NCBI GenBank assembly: GCA_046563655.1
Contig: CM102285.1
Span: forward strand, 10,540,001-10,604,000
Source of the DNA: Yuukianura sp. NJ FZ-2021
Lineage: Eukaryota
DNA: 64,000 bases
Direction: 5' to 3'
In this document: positions 1 through 12,700 of the stretch, piece after piece
Numbering within the stretch: the stretch's first letter is position 1
Layout of the letters: each line of letters opens with the position of its first letter
The notes under the pieces: generated by a model
What the model saw: only the letters and a program-made list of their open reading frames with translations
The model's database searches: none
What the model was told of the DNA's origin: nothing
Made by a program: the position numbers and the translations under genes

Positions 1-3000
1 GTTTCGAGAAGAACTAGACATTCCATCCAGTCAGTCAAAAATGTTTAAAAAAAAAAACTGTGAACTTTTTTTTTCCATTTGCTGTAGTTGGGCGTAGTAG
101 GGTTTGTTTTGGATTTCCGCTTTCTAGAAAGCCCTTTGTTGGTGAAAGTCTCGTTACAAACTTTCACTCAACGGTGATTTTGACTTATCTTTTTCATTAC
201 ACAAATGTGGAAAATTAATGCTTTTCAGTTTTGTTTTTCCATTTTTTTTTTGAAATTATAATTCAAATTAAATCGAAACCTCACACGGAGCATACACTTT
301 GGCAAAAGATTTTGAAAATGAAGATTTCTCTCGACTTTAGTCAAAGTTTAACCAAGTTTGAAGGGGAAGTAAGAAGGAAAAATTCCACCAGTCAAACTAA
401 AATTTTGAGAGAGTAAATCAAGCCAATTCTTGTGAGTCACGGAAAGTTCAAGGAGTTTGAAAAGATGAAGAAGAGTCATAAGATTCATGATACAAGTTTG
501 AGCAAACGTAAGGAAGAGATGCATATTAGTATGTGGACCATTGAACATATTTCATGGAAGGGAGTGAGTACTTTGGTTGAAGCATGAAACTGTAACTCAC
601 CTGAAATTAAGAACAAAGTGGTTTTGTTAGTGACTCTGTTATTCTCCTATAAGGGAAAATTAATAATCCAAACTAGTTTTGAAGGAAGAAGAAAATTGAA
701 AGCATTTATTAAATGAGCCTCCACAGGTCTCTTGCTTTTTCGTTCACTTCAATCAACAACAGGCACAGAATCAAAAACGCAACTCCAATTTTTTTTTCTG
801 AAAATTAAAGTTGAACCTAACAAAAAATTGGAAAATTACTATGATTCGCAACAGAGTCCAATTTGGCACCAAAGCAAGGTTCTACTTGCCAAATGAAGCA
901 ATTTTGCACTGTAACCTTGCTGTAACAATCAAAAAAAGTTTTGTGAACATACGAAAGCAATTTGGTCCAAAAACCTACGCTTAATCTTCCAACATCAAAG
1001 ACTTTTTTTTGCTTCATTTTTTAAATTTTACAAGGTTACGTTAGTAATTTTTACATCAAAACTTTGTACCTGGAAGTATTAGGTTAGTTTAAAGCTAGAT
1101 TTAAGTTTTATGGTTTAGCTTTTTAGTTGCGTTTAGGTTAGGCTAATCTTCTTTAAACGAAATCTTCAATTTGTCAAAATCCTGTTTTGCTTTGATTGTT
1201 TTAATGGAAATCCAAATTATAATGGAGTTGATGAGATTGGGCACTTAGGAGGTTTGAGTGATGTGTTTGCTTCGGCCCTCAGAAACAAGTAGGAATTGAA
1301 GATGAACCGAAAGAAGAACCTAAGATGATCTTCCCTACCTTTATGGACATTTCCTTAATTAATCTCCAGTCGGGATGAGGGGAAATCAGACTCAAAGTTT
1401 GGACATTTCAAAAGGAAACCTCCTGGATTTAATGCGTATTTATTTACTTTTACCAAATACGTCCACATCAAGGGAACGCAGAAGAGTGAGAGCCGTAAGT
1501 GCTCATCATTTCTTTGCCTATTCCGATCCCAGTAGAAATGGGATTATAAGTTTTCGTTTTGAAAAACGAAGCTGTTGATAAATTGTGTTCAATTTAAGCA
1601 AAGTTTCAACAGGAGACTTGAAGATGATGTGCTTTGCTGCAGGGTTCAAATTTCCAAAAGTGGATGAAGAGGCAGAACAATTTTGTTCTCATGATACACA
1701 AAAAAGTGAGAAGATGAAGAAAGTGCTTTTTAAATATTAGTTTGTCAAGTATCTTGCAATTACTTGCCGAATGATGCCTTTATTACAAGTGTCAAAAAAA
1801 TAAAGTGCGTAACTTTGCACCAAACTTTTTTTGCGTCAACACAAAAACTGTTGAAGATGACACAGTTTTCGGTTTCACTTTTACGCAATCTGTTTGCACA
1901 CTAATCACCTTCTTCACAAGTAAAAATAGTTTTGGTATTTACGAAAGATTGACAAAAAATGTGTGCAAAATTAAATTCCAAGAGTTAGTCATAATGCGGT
2001 AGACAAATTTTTTAGTCAATTTATTCAATTCAATGATAATTAAAACGTGATTTTTGCAATATCTTGTTTATTTCATGATTCAAAATTGCAAATTATGAAA
2101 CACATTAAACAGGACATTGGATTTTTGGGAATAATTTTCAAAAAATGAGATTTCCATACAATGCTTCAGAAAAAAATTAATTGCATGAACCTTTTGTCTA
2201 AACATTGTTTTTTATTTTCTCTATAGGAAGTAAATCATAAAATCAAGTTTTCTTTTGTTTTGACTCAAAATTTTTCAATTGCCTGAGTCTTCTCGTGCGA
2301 GTTCATGTTAAACTTCCCTACGTTGTTCAAAAACTCACGAGAAATGGAATACCACGTTTTGTTAATTGTTTCAAAAAGTTGTCTTCTGCAATTCTAAATT
2401 TCTTCTCTACTCTCTTAGCCTTCTGCTGCTCCTGACTTTTACTTTGAACAGTTTTTTAACGGAAAAAACTCGTCTTTCAACATTGTCCTTCTCTTTTACG
2501 ATTCAATAAATTCTGACTAGAGTCGTGTTTCCCTTTTGTTTTGTTTCTTCTTAATAGGGAAGCTTCAGAGGTTCATTTGGCCTGGCACGAATTTATTTGC
2601 AAATCAAATTTAAAAAGTGGAAATTCTGAATGAAATCTAATTCTCAAAAATTTTAATCTCCGCAGTCAGGTTGGCATAAATTTTCGTTTTAAAAGCTGTG
2701 TAGGTACCTATAGGAAGGTCGGAGAGTCAGTGCGGAGGTGAGTCGGCCTTTTTCACACATCATTTTTATGTGGTTGAAGTACATGGATGTTACATGGCGT
2801 GTCTAAATCATAAACTGAATCTCACCTGGAGATCACCTTGGAGAACGTTGATTCGAATCCTGAAGAGATGAACTGAAACTATTAAATTGAATGAAACGAA
2901 ATGATGAGCAGCTATATTTTTCTGTCTAGTTACCTGTCAAAGTCACTTAAGGAACATTGGACACGTCTTTTCATAATTTAACAACTGGATTAAAACGGCA

Positions 3001-6000
3001 AGACTACAATTAAAATTAACTGCTTCACAATTAGTATTCTTTGAATTGAAAAGTTATCCTCATTTTGCAAAGTTTTTAAGCATATTTCGTGAAATAGTAA
3101 AATTCTGAAGTGAGTTTTATGCAAAAAATCGAAGAAAGTCTAAGAGAAAGTTAGTGATGGAAGATGACAAACATGGAAAAACCAAAATAAATTTTTGGAA
3201 GCGTGCGGGAAGCAACTTTAAGCTTAAGCTTGTAGTGCACTTGGAAATGTCTAATGTTAGTAATGATGAGATCTCCGAGGTACGTAAACTCACCTGTCAG
3301 ACTTTGGCTGACACTTCTTGACAAATTGCTCCTTCCAAATCCCTATCACCTCCAATCACGACTACGTTAGGTTACCATAAGCTTCATTTCTAAATTGAGC
3401 AGCAGATCAGTCCTCATCTTCAAAATCATCTCCAGGCATCCAGAGGCTTTACTTCCACCGTTCCGGAATTCCAGAGACTTATGGTCATGATGATAAAGCG
3501 GCACGCCGCCGCGGCCAGTCACCAGGCACCACACTGTGCCTCCATTGTTTTTGATTCCTTTGTCAAGTCTTCAGAAGAACAAGAGACCATTGTCATCCGT
3601 CCACCTCCTGTCTTCTGTGTCTAAAAAAGACTAACATTTCTAGAAGCAAAACCATGTCAGTCCAAGTACCCCCGACCCTTTACTTTTCTCCCGCTTTTTT
3701 AGACTCTCATTTTATTATTCAAGACTACGACCTAAAGTGGCACAGAGACAAGAGACACAGTTTGACAAACTCATGTAGTAATTCATCTTGTGAAGGTGAC
3801 CCCTTGGCTCTGTCAGGAGCCCTTCAACCCTTTTCCGCTGTGTCACCTCAAAATGAATTGTCAAATCAAGCCTACGAACAACATCTAATTCTCTATGCAG
3901 GTAGTGTCACGCTTTGCCTCATTTCAATTCAATTTCAAAATCCAATCTTAGACTTTGAGATGGACGTTCAACAAAATTGAACTTTTAATCTGATTCTAGC
4001 CCTTCTCGGAACCTGACAGACTCATCGTGTCAACATTTTGGCAATAGTCGGCCATTTTGTCTGCTCAATTGTTGTTTTTTGTCGTAGTGATCGTATAGTT
4101 ACTGAAACTTTCTAGAGGAACAACATGTTCAGGTGGAATGCCAATACTAAACCTTCATCTCCAGAGATGCAATCAATCAAGCGTCGTTTCCATCCTATCT
4201 GTTTGAGTCCTTGTAATTTATAGGCTTCCATTTTTAGGACTTCGAACAATACTGGAAGGCAGGAACTTTCGGCTTCTCAGTGGCCAACATGATCTCTTCG
4301 AAGATGAAACTTAAGTTTGAAGCTGGAGGGGTATATGATGATGCATCGATGAAGATCGAATTGGGAAGATGAAGGATAAGGCAAAGGGGTATGTCAAATA
4401 GTTAATTGATTCCTTGACGTCCCTTGTGACAAGCGAATCCAAAAGGCTTTCTCTTCTGTAGCATCTTGTAGCGTCTGTTTCGAAGTAAGCGTCTTGCAGC
4501 ATCCTCCATTAATTCAGCTTTACCGGATCATGTTTCTTCGAAATGTTTTGAATGAGGGGAGCGGTTTTAATTGAAATCGAGTGTTAAACTAAGAATACCA
4601 ATTCGAGTGCGGGTCAATTTTTCATTGACCTTTGCCCTGTTGAACAATACAGTTCAGGATCTCTATCCTATACTGCACAAGATAGGCTTCTCCTCTAGCA
4701 ATAGAAGTGGAATCTTTAATTGGTCAATTTTCGGAATACAGTTTTTGAAAGTAATTGAACAATTGGTTTTCTGAGTGCAATTTAATATTTTGTAATGATA
4801 TTTCCTCATACTAGTTCAAGCAGAATGAACAAAAAATTCGCAGTAAGAGAAGACCTTGGCCTACAGAAATTATGTGATCATTTTACCGCAAAATGACTCT
4901 AAACGATAGTACTCCGCCTTAACTTTGTTATGTACTCAATTGACATGTGGTGCTCAACATAGTACTTTTGTAGCGTGCGGAAAATTGCGCAACAATTTAA
5001 GGAACCGTATCCTCTTTTCCTTTTTAAAACTTCTGAGCAGAAAATTGCACAAAATTGAGTGAGAACCTAGGCCAAAAATGAATGTTATTTTGAACAATAC
5101 ACTTCTTTTCAAGTGTTTCTGATCCTAATCTGAAACTGGTGCACACCTACTAAGGTAAAAAGCAAGTAAACCTTAGGTGTGAATTGGATTCTTATCGGTT
5201 CCACCCTTTAGCCATCTACCCATTCAAAGAAGTGTTGTACACACTTCGTGGGTCGTCCCGCTCTGATTCCTTTCTCCTTCCAGCCATTTGTTATGTCTTG
5301 AGACACTTTGTACATTTGGAACACTTTGTACATCGGGAGGACGATAGTGAAAGTGTTTGTTCACACCTTAACTTTATTTGGATTTTAAGTAATGACTCAA
5401 ATTTAGGAGGTGAGACATTTTTGAAGATCGAGAGATACTGTGTAACAGGCAATTTATAAAAACGTTGAAAAGAAGTGAAGAAGTTTCCTTTTCATTTTTT
5501 GAAGGCCTCTGCGAGTCCAATTGTTGTGTCCTCTTTCTTTTGTATTATTTTGAATCTAGCCCACTGTAGACAATGATAATAATATTTACCAAATTATCAC
5601 ACCTCAAAAAACATGAGCAGCGATGACAAGATCGTGATCAAATCATTAACAAACACTGACTTCAGGCACTGCAAAACCAAAAAACTACTAAGATGAAATT
5701 AGCAATGTAACAAGAAAGAGTCCAGAAAATTGAGGAATTGGTCAACACCATTTCGCATTTCGTTGCAAAATTTTATTTCACATTTTGTTTTCAATGTTTG
5801 CGAAATAAATCAATTTTTGCAAATTTCTTAAGGATGAGGGTGGCTGGGAACTTTTTTTTTATAAATACAAATTTGTATGTTTTCTTTCACTAAATTTATC
5901 CAATACTTAAATACATTTATACTAACTTTCTTAGTGAACTATTTTTAATTGAAATTACAATTTAGCAAAATTTCGAAATTTTTGAATTTGACAATTATGA

Positions 6001-6644
6001 AATAATAATTTACGAGCTAACGTGAAGTTATGGTGTTTTGTTGACCCCAAAGTAATTTCTAACGTATTTTGTCAAAGTATGAATTTTCTAAACAATTTGT
6101 CTTCTATGTAGATATGCATTTGGAATTGAAGATTTTTGGATTTGGCAATTTTTAAACTTAAGACACTGCGTTTGGAAATTTAAATCACAGTTGACTTGAA
6201 AAATTGAACTTTTAAAACACTGGTTCATTTTCTTTTGTTTTTCACAAATTCTGCACTTGTACAATTGACATGAAACTTTCCCACTTTCCAGAAACAAAAA
6301 CCTCGGCAAGGCCCTAATAACACTAAAATTCGCCAACTTTTTTCAAAAACTGGCCATAAATTATGAAAAGAGAAAAAAACTGTAATTCTAACTTTTATCT
6401 AATTATAATTCAATTTCCTTCTTATTTAGCCTATTCACTTAGAATAACAACAAATTACAAGGTAATTACGTAATTAGTTCATTTAAACACTTCGGCCATG
6501 GTGAACCCATTTTAACACACTGTACTGACCACAGAATTGCTTAATATTATCTTTCAACCTAAAACGTGTAAACAAAAGACGATGAGGCAGTTATGCGTTC
6601 AAAAGGCACGAACCATGAAATCACTTTATGAGTCACGTTCAACC

Positions 6645-8414
6645 TTACGTTGCTACAACTTTGGTTGGAGGTGGATTCGAACTGGTGGGTCGTGTAAGGT
6701 CAAGTGGTGTGGACACTTTGTGTTTTTTGTGTGGTGGGCCTGCAGAAGTACTTGACCCGGTTGAGGACGGACGACGGTCCAGACGCTTCCGTTCTTTTCG
6801 GTGATTTTGATGTCGACTAAATGACTCGGATTCGTCGTCTCCATCACAATGATCTTCATCTTGACCAGAATCTCGGAGGGATGATGACGAGTTGTGAAAA
6901 GACTTTTTGACACAGAGGGATGAAGTACGTACAAAGTCCTTGTTGCTTCTTCCAGAAGATGACCCACCAGAGTCACTACAACTGCCATGCACACGCGTCC
7001 CACCAACAACATCTTCCTCGTCGTCATCATCAAAGTCTGAAATGTCACTTTCACTCCCCTCTGACGGAATCTCACCCTTAACTTTCATAAAAGACTCAAT
7101 GTCGTTGTTATTGTTTGTAATTAGGGTTTTGGCTGACAGGTCAATCGGTTGATCTTGGCTCACAAGCTTATTTCGAATCTTCTTGGACGTTGATAAATTA
7201 TTAGGCTCATCAGAACCATGATGAGAAATTGGAGGTGTTAAGGTAAGGCTTGAGGCTGGTGGGACAATTAGTGGGAAGCGGCGATTTGGATGTGGCGGTG
7301 GGGCTGAACTGTCTGTAGAAGATGGACCAATGAGAAGCTTGTTTGAATTTGGAATCAACGGATTTCCATTGGGCAGAAGTGGGCCTCCTAGAAATCCATT
7401 TCCTAGCATAGGTGAAGGTGGGAATCCCGGTGGAATCGGTCCGCCACTGGCCCCACCACCAGGAAAATTTGGAAACATGAATCGGTAGGGATTGAATTGA
7501 TGAAGACTTGTTGGTGGAGCACTGAGCATTGCCGGCCAGAATCGGACCGGGTCGTAACCCAGTTTCATTAAATCTCTTGTTAGGAGATCGAATGACAAAA
7601 TGTCATTGGGTTTAACATCAAGTGGAGATCCTGGTGGAAGACCAAATAGTGGAAGGTGATTAGGTGACGGCTTGGTGTCGTCTCCTGAAGCCTCCGAATT
7701 CGGAGATTCCAGAGAACCTGGACTTCTGGAAGTTCTGGACATGTTTTCTAGTCGTTCCTCTGGAAAGAACGGTTTGGGCAGACCTACTCCAGGAGGAAGC
7801 GATAGATTTGCAGATCTAAAGTACTCTAACAAATCCGGTGTCATCATCTTCCGGTTGAGTGACGACAGAAACTGCTCTTTGGTATCTGGACTCATAGCGG
7901 AGACATTAGGAAGATGAAACGTAGGTGGCATTTGGTTTGGAAGGTGGTGGAGGCTATGTGTGGTTCCAGAAGAGGAAGAGCGTTGCCGATGGTGATGGTG
8001 ACCTCGGTCTCGGTCAGGGTCTGACTCGGACGTGCCGTGACCTCCTCCCCCACCATGTCCATGGGAAGTGACCGTGGAAGGGACATGGTGCTTGGACGTA
8101 TGCTGATGGTGATTAACTCCGCTTGAATTGCTATTGGCATTGTTGTTGTTTGTGACTGTGGAATTATTGTTATTCGTTTCGGACAATGAGTTCATCCCCC
8201 CATTTTGACCCTGAGACGACAGAAGACAATGGATTTTGAACCAATTGGAACGACGTCCGTATCTTGACCCGGACTTTGACATGCCCACTTGCAGACATTT
8301 ACGTAGACGACATGATTTACACGAAGTCCGATTCTTTTTATTAATTTCACATCGACCTCCATTTTTACATTCGGATACCCCACTCACATTGTTGTAGGTT
8401 CGTCCAAAAAATGA
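6645..8414 (-). CDS. knrl: knirps-family gene, last coding exon (second zinc finger, kni box, repression domain)
   Basis: Acceptor ttctttcttttccag|TCA TTT TTT GGA; 589 codons plus TAA; equals ORF 6645..8432 minus its first 6 intronic codons. Confidence 0.96.
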   Translation of the reverse strand, partial: SFFGRTYNNVSGVSECKNGGRCEINKKNRTSCKSCRLRKCLQVGMSKSGSRYGRRSNWFKIHCLLSSQGQNGGMNSLSETNNNNSTVTNNNNANSNSSGVNHHQHTSKHHVPSTVTSHGHGGGGGHGTSESDPDRDRGHHHHRQRSSSSGTTHSLHHLPNQMPPTFHLPNVSAMSPDTKEQFLSSLNRKMMTPDLLEYFRSANLSLPPGVGLPKPFFPEERLENMSRTSRSPGSLESPNSEASGDDTKPSPNHLPLFGLPPGSPLDVKPNDILSFDLLTRDLMKLGYDPVRFWPAMLSAPPTSLHQFNPYRFMFPNFPGGGASGGPIPPGFPPSPMLGNGFLGGPLLPNGNPLIPNSNKLLIGPSSTDSSAPPPHPNRRFPLIVPPASSLTLTPPISHHGSDEPNNLSTSKKIRNKLVSQDQPIDLSAKTLITNNNNDIESFMKVKGEIPSEGSESDISDFDDDDEEDVVGGTRVHGSCSDSGGSSSGRSNKDFVRTSSLCVKKSFHNSSSSLRDSGQDEDHCDGDDESESFSRHQNHRKERKRLDRRPSSTGSSTSAGPPHKKHKVSTPLDLTRPTSSNPPPTKVVAT

Positions 8415-9693
8415 CTGGAAAAGAAAGAACAATGGAATTAATTGATATTATGCAATTAATAATTATTCATAGACAGTCTGGTTGAGTTTAATAGTTTCCC
8501 GACAGCATCTGGTTCACTCCCGTAAATTAAGTGTATTCGAATGCCTCTTTTGCCCGTGACCTTCATCTTCCTACGTTTTAGCTCAAAAAGTTTATTTCTT
8601 TTGGAAATTTGCTACTTTTTGTGTAGGCACGCGCCTGAAAATTTCCCCAGTTTTGATCGGCTCGTTTACAATTTTTTTCCCAAAAAAATACATCGCAGCA
8701 CCTCTAAAATGGCCCAATTTTTCACAGCTAATTTACCAAATCTTAGCCAAAAAAATTTTTACAAAAAAAAATTTCAACTTTTGTTTTTTTAGCGTGCGTG
8801 TGTCCCTAAGGTCTTTGTTGTACAGATCTCAACAAAGTAAAAAACGTTCTCATTTAATCACCCAAAAAGCCAAAATACGGAAACTCATAAATTTTAACGA
8901 AAAAACTTAAAAGCCTAGACACAATTAACTGACTTGACAAGTCCTCATTTTTTTTTCTTAGTCAATTAAGATTTTGCTTTGACTTTGCGAATTTAGTCTT
9001 ACAAAATAGTGGTATAGTTTTTGCTAATTGTACTTCTTTTTGTTGGCAACATTTCCCTCAACGCTGTACTTTATGTTATGTCTTTACCTTTAAGGTTCAC
9101 CCAAAAAACAAATGGTTTCAATAAGGTAAAACACATAAATTAGACTTTGAGCACACGACAGGCAGAACGACGACGTAAGGGCAGTTGTCTTGGCCATATT
9201 TCACAAGGAGCATCAAGTCCAAGTCACAAATTTGCAAGTCAAATTCGTACTTTATGGTTCCACTCATTAACTTAATTTGCTACATTTAAGGCAAAACCTT
9301 ATTTCTTTTTGCTTAAACTTTAAGTGTTGGAAATAATGAAGAGCAAGGGGGTGAGTTTTCACTCAAATGTTTCTCAAATCCACTTTTTTCGCTTTTAAAG
9401 TTGATCTTGTGCTGAGCTGCATGACACCTAGCCTAACCTATACTTGCACCCTCAAGCGCTCCAATTCCCTTATAAGTGGATCTGACGCATATGGCTGCTC
9501 TTCTTGGACAGGAAGATGAACTCAATTGTTGATCAATTAACAACAATAGGGCAACTTATGACGTGTTAATTAACTACACAAAAATTAAGTGTAACAAAGA
9601 CAATGTAAAACTTACCTTGCAGCCCTCACACGTAAAGGCTCCAAAGTGAAAACCAGCCGCTGGCTCACCGCAAACTTTGCACAATTGGTTCAT
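6645..9693 (-). CDS. knrl: knirps-family (NR0A: kni/knrl/eagle) zinc-finger nuclear receptor lacking a ligand-binding domain; join(9616..9693, 6645..8414), 615 aa
   Basis: Spliced product starts [71 protein letters not shown] (two C4 fingers) followed by the kni box [20 protein letters not shown], a low-complexity tail with PIDLS and PLDLT, and no LBD. Phase-0 GT-AG intron 8415-9615. Family is secure; the paralog name (knrl vs eg vs kni) is not. Confidence 0.95.
8626..8635 (+). promoter_or_regulatory. Hairy/E(spl)-type class C bHLH site in the knirps-family intron
   Basis: GGCACGCGCC in an otherwise AT-rich intron; matches the GGCACGCG(A/C)C consensus. Function untested. Confidence 0.35.
9616..9693 (-). 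CDS. knrl: knirps-family gene, first recognisable coding exon (first zinc finger, 26 codons)
   Basis: 78 nt translating to [26 protein letters not shown], ending AAG|gtaagt. Too short for the ORF track. Confidence 0.96.
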
Positions 9694-9722
9694 CTACACA
9701 TTTGAAACAAAAGAGAAGGTTA
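9694..9722 (-). other. 3' splice acceptor immediately upstream of the knirps-family ATG
   Basis: Minus strand reads ccttctcttttgtttcaaatgtgtag|ATG AAC CAA, with ctaat (branch-like) just upstream. Confidence 0.7.
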
Positions 9723-12700
9723 ATTAGAACTTTTCAGGTTTTTGCACATAAAAAAAGTTCTTTTTGCAAAAATTTGCACAAATTTGCACCTAAGAAATAA
9801 TTGGCACACTTAGTTTAGAGGGCATAAGGTGAGGGATGAAAGTGTGATCCGTTTTGAATGAACCTAGGGTAGACACTGCGACATTTTTCCCATTTGGAAG
9901 GATTAAACCTAATGCAACCAAGTTTCACTCATCCGTGCACCCAAAGCCTCTTTTGCTTTTAGTTTCATTGTTACACATTTTTTCTCGTCTTATAACACAT
10001 ATTGCATCTGTCTCTTTTTTGAACACAGAGAGAGGATTTAAGCCATTTATGTACACTATTAGTACTAGGGATTTGGAAATCAAGGTAAGTGAAACCACGA
10101 CGCGGATTGTGCATAAGCCGATCCCTCATTGTACCTCGTAGTTAGTACTAAAACATTCAATTTTTGGGCAAGTTAGGGCTTAAACCTTTGTTTTAGTTCA
10201 AATCAAGGAAGGAGAGTAAATGCAACAAAGAATCGAATTAATTTTGGCCTAATGCATTGAAACTAATCAAGTGACGCTGTGTAAGATGAGGCTTCATTGT
10301 TCCAAATTGTTTTTGGAGGTTGGTTAATTTAGTGTTATCGTAGAGATTAATGTGCTGGGGAGTTGTAAATGTCGTAATGGTAATTGTGGAGTGCCTTGTA
10401 GGGCTCCTACTTCCCTGGGAGGAACTTCCTGTTACATAAAGAATTGAGTCAATGATGACTTAAGTGAAAGTGATCTTGAAAGGGAAGTTTTGTCATCTCT
10501 GTGAGACAAGGATTATTGGAGCACAACCGCATCTCATCATCTTCCCTTTTTAAGAAACATTGTTCAAAGCGACTCAGCTAGAAATCCTTCTTTTGTTAAC
10601 TAAGTCACAAACTTTGACAAGCCAAATGCAGAAAGAAACGTTTCGAACAAAAAACGACCTGCCAAAAAAAATTCAACAAATCCTCCTACCTTGTGCAAAA
10701 TATTTTGATTTTTATTTCCAAAAAAAGTTGTGAAAGTTCGGAATCTGAAATTTCACACAAAGTGAAAAAAAAAGAAAGCCGTGAAATTATTTTGCTGAAA
10801 TAAAATTTGAAATTTTTCATTTTTGTTGATTTTGCATTCTGCCCTCTAAATACTGAGAATTGGTTTAAATTTGAACCTAACCTTGGAGTGAACGTAACGT
10901 CCTGAATGTGTATTTGCCAAAACTTTGTTTGCTCTGTGATCATTTGCAAATTGGAACAATAGAAATTGAGTCATTTGACAGCAAAAACTGAGCTTTTTAC
11001 GTGTGTTGTGCATGTGGACTGTAAATTTTAAATTGGAAACCCTGACCCGAATGGGACGAGAAGCGAAAATCCACAAACCAAAATTAAACTTTAAGAGAAC
11101 TCGTTAATCTTTTTGCTAATGTCAAGTTATGATTCATAATTCATAACAGCATCCCTTAAGAATCCCTTATTCTTACCGTTCCGTGCATATCTCCTCTCTG
11201 CCAAATATAACACAAGGTGTCCTCCAAGATGCTATTTGAATTGTGAGATCTTTCAGTGTTAGCCTCCTGTTACTTCCATGGTTAGGCAGTTTCCCTTTCA
11301 AGTTTATCAGAATTAACCTTGGAACGAATTAAATTTGAGTCTATTAAATGGCAGGGCCAAAGCCAAACAATAGGGAACTTCTATTGTTGGACTCCAATTT
11401 TCTCCACACCTCACTGACTTTTCCTTCTGAGGTAACTTTGTGGCCACTTCTGAATCAAAATCGTACAACAGATTTGATCTCGTTCTCCTTCAAGCATAAA
11501 TAAGACAGTTTCCACCGTAGTTTTAATCGTATTAATTCATAGATCTCATTTCTTCGCTTTGATTTATTCCCAAGCACTTTCGGACTAGCAGAAAAGAAGC
11601 AAAAATTCGCCCGAAATTGCCCTAAGCATGCAACAAATTTTGAAAAATTGCTAAGCCATAAAGATTCACATTTTTAGTAGATTTAGCAGCGATGTTTTAA
11701 TATGCAAGTGTTTCAGATTTTTTGCGAAATTGATTTTTTGTACGAAAAAGAAAGTCAAGGTTATTTCCTGGAATTAGGATGCGGTTTTAAAAGTTTTTAT
11801 GGTACAGTCATAAACATGGGGATTGTACTAACCTACCTAATGTTCTGCCTTCAGCATTGCGAAATCTTTCTTATACTACACTGAATAAGAGTTTCCTTCA
11901 ACCTGCAATTTATTAGCACAGCTAAACCTTTCATTTAACGTCTCATCCGACCTTAATCATTAATTCTGAAGCCGATTCAATAAAAAACAACTTATAAACT
12001 CCGTTTTTGCAAATATTAACTTCGCCATGACCTTGCTATCTCTCAGATCTAAATCACTTTATGAAGATCTTTAATTCGACTGCATGTTTTTTGATTTCAA
12101 AAAGTGTTACGAAATCTGATCATTCTGCGTCACACTTCCAACACTTAAAATTTATGAGAACCTGTATTCCAAAATCCAAAAACATTCAGCAATTAAAGTA
12201 TCGACTTTCACTCTCGCTAGTTTTATTCGTTTTTGTGTCCAAAATTTGCACAAAACAAGATCGTATCAAGGCTATAGCTGCTCTTCTTCCTGTTTCAGAA
12301 TTCAGCAGAGGTGCATTCTGCGTTAGACTAAATGTGAAGATGTCCATATTTGATCTTGGTGTAATTTAAAAGGGCTGAGACAGAAGCTCTCCATGACTCC
12401 TTACACTTAAAGTGCTCATAAATAATCCCAAAGAAGGAAGAAGACTTTAACAAAAAGTTGACAAAAACTGCAAATTGGCCACAACGTCCAGACAGCCCAG
12501 AGATTAATGAGTCCTACACTTGTCACTTCTAGGAACTAAAAAATGAAATGACTCTGTTTTAACAATAGGAAATAACATAAGTCATCAAATCTTGAACAAT
12601 TCTATGGAGCTCTAAATTTCATTCTTGGTCATTCAAGTACTAAATTGAAGTTAGTACTTAAAGTGCTGAAGGTGCCCTTAATTTAATTCATAGAGTAAAT

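Noticed and set aside
4110..4530. Coding-like composition on the minus strand; shares CCTTGTAATTTATA with about 50440
   Set aside because: Frames are broken by stops, peptides are unrecognisable, and the shared 14-mer is AT-rich and does not extend.
6537..8383. Several ORFs overlapping the knirps-family exon in other frames or on the other strand
   Set aside because: Shadow ORFs of a GC-richer coding exon; no recognisable products.
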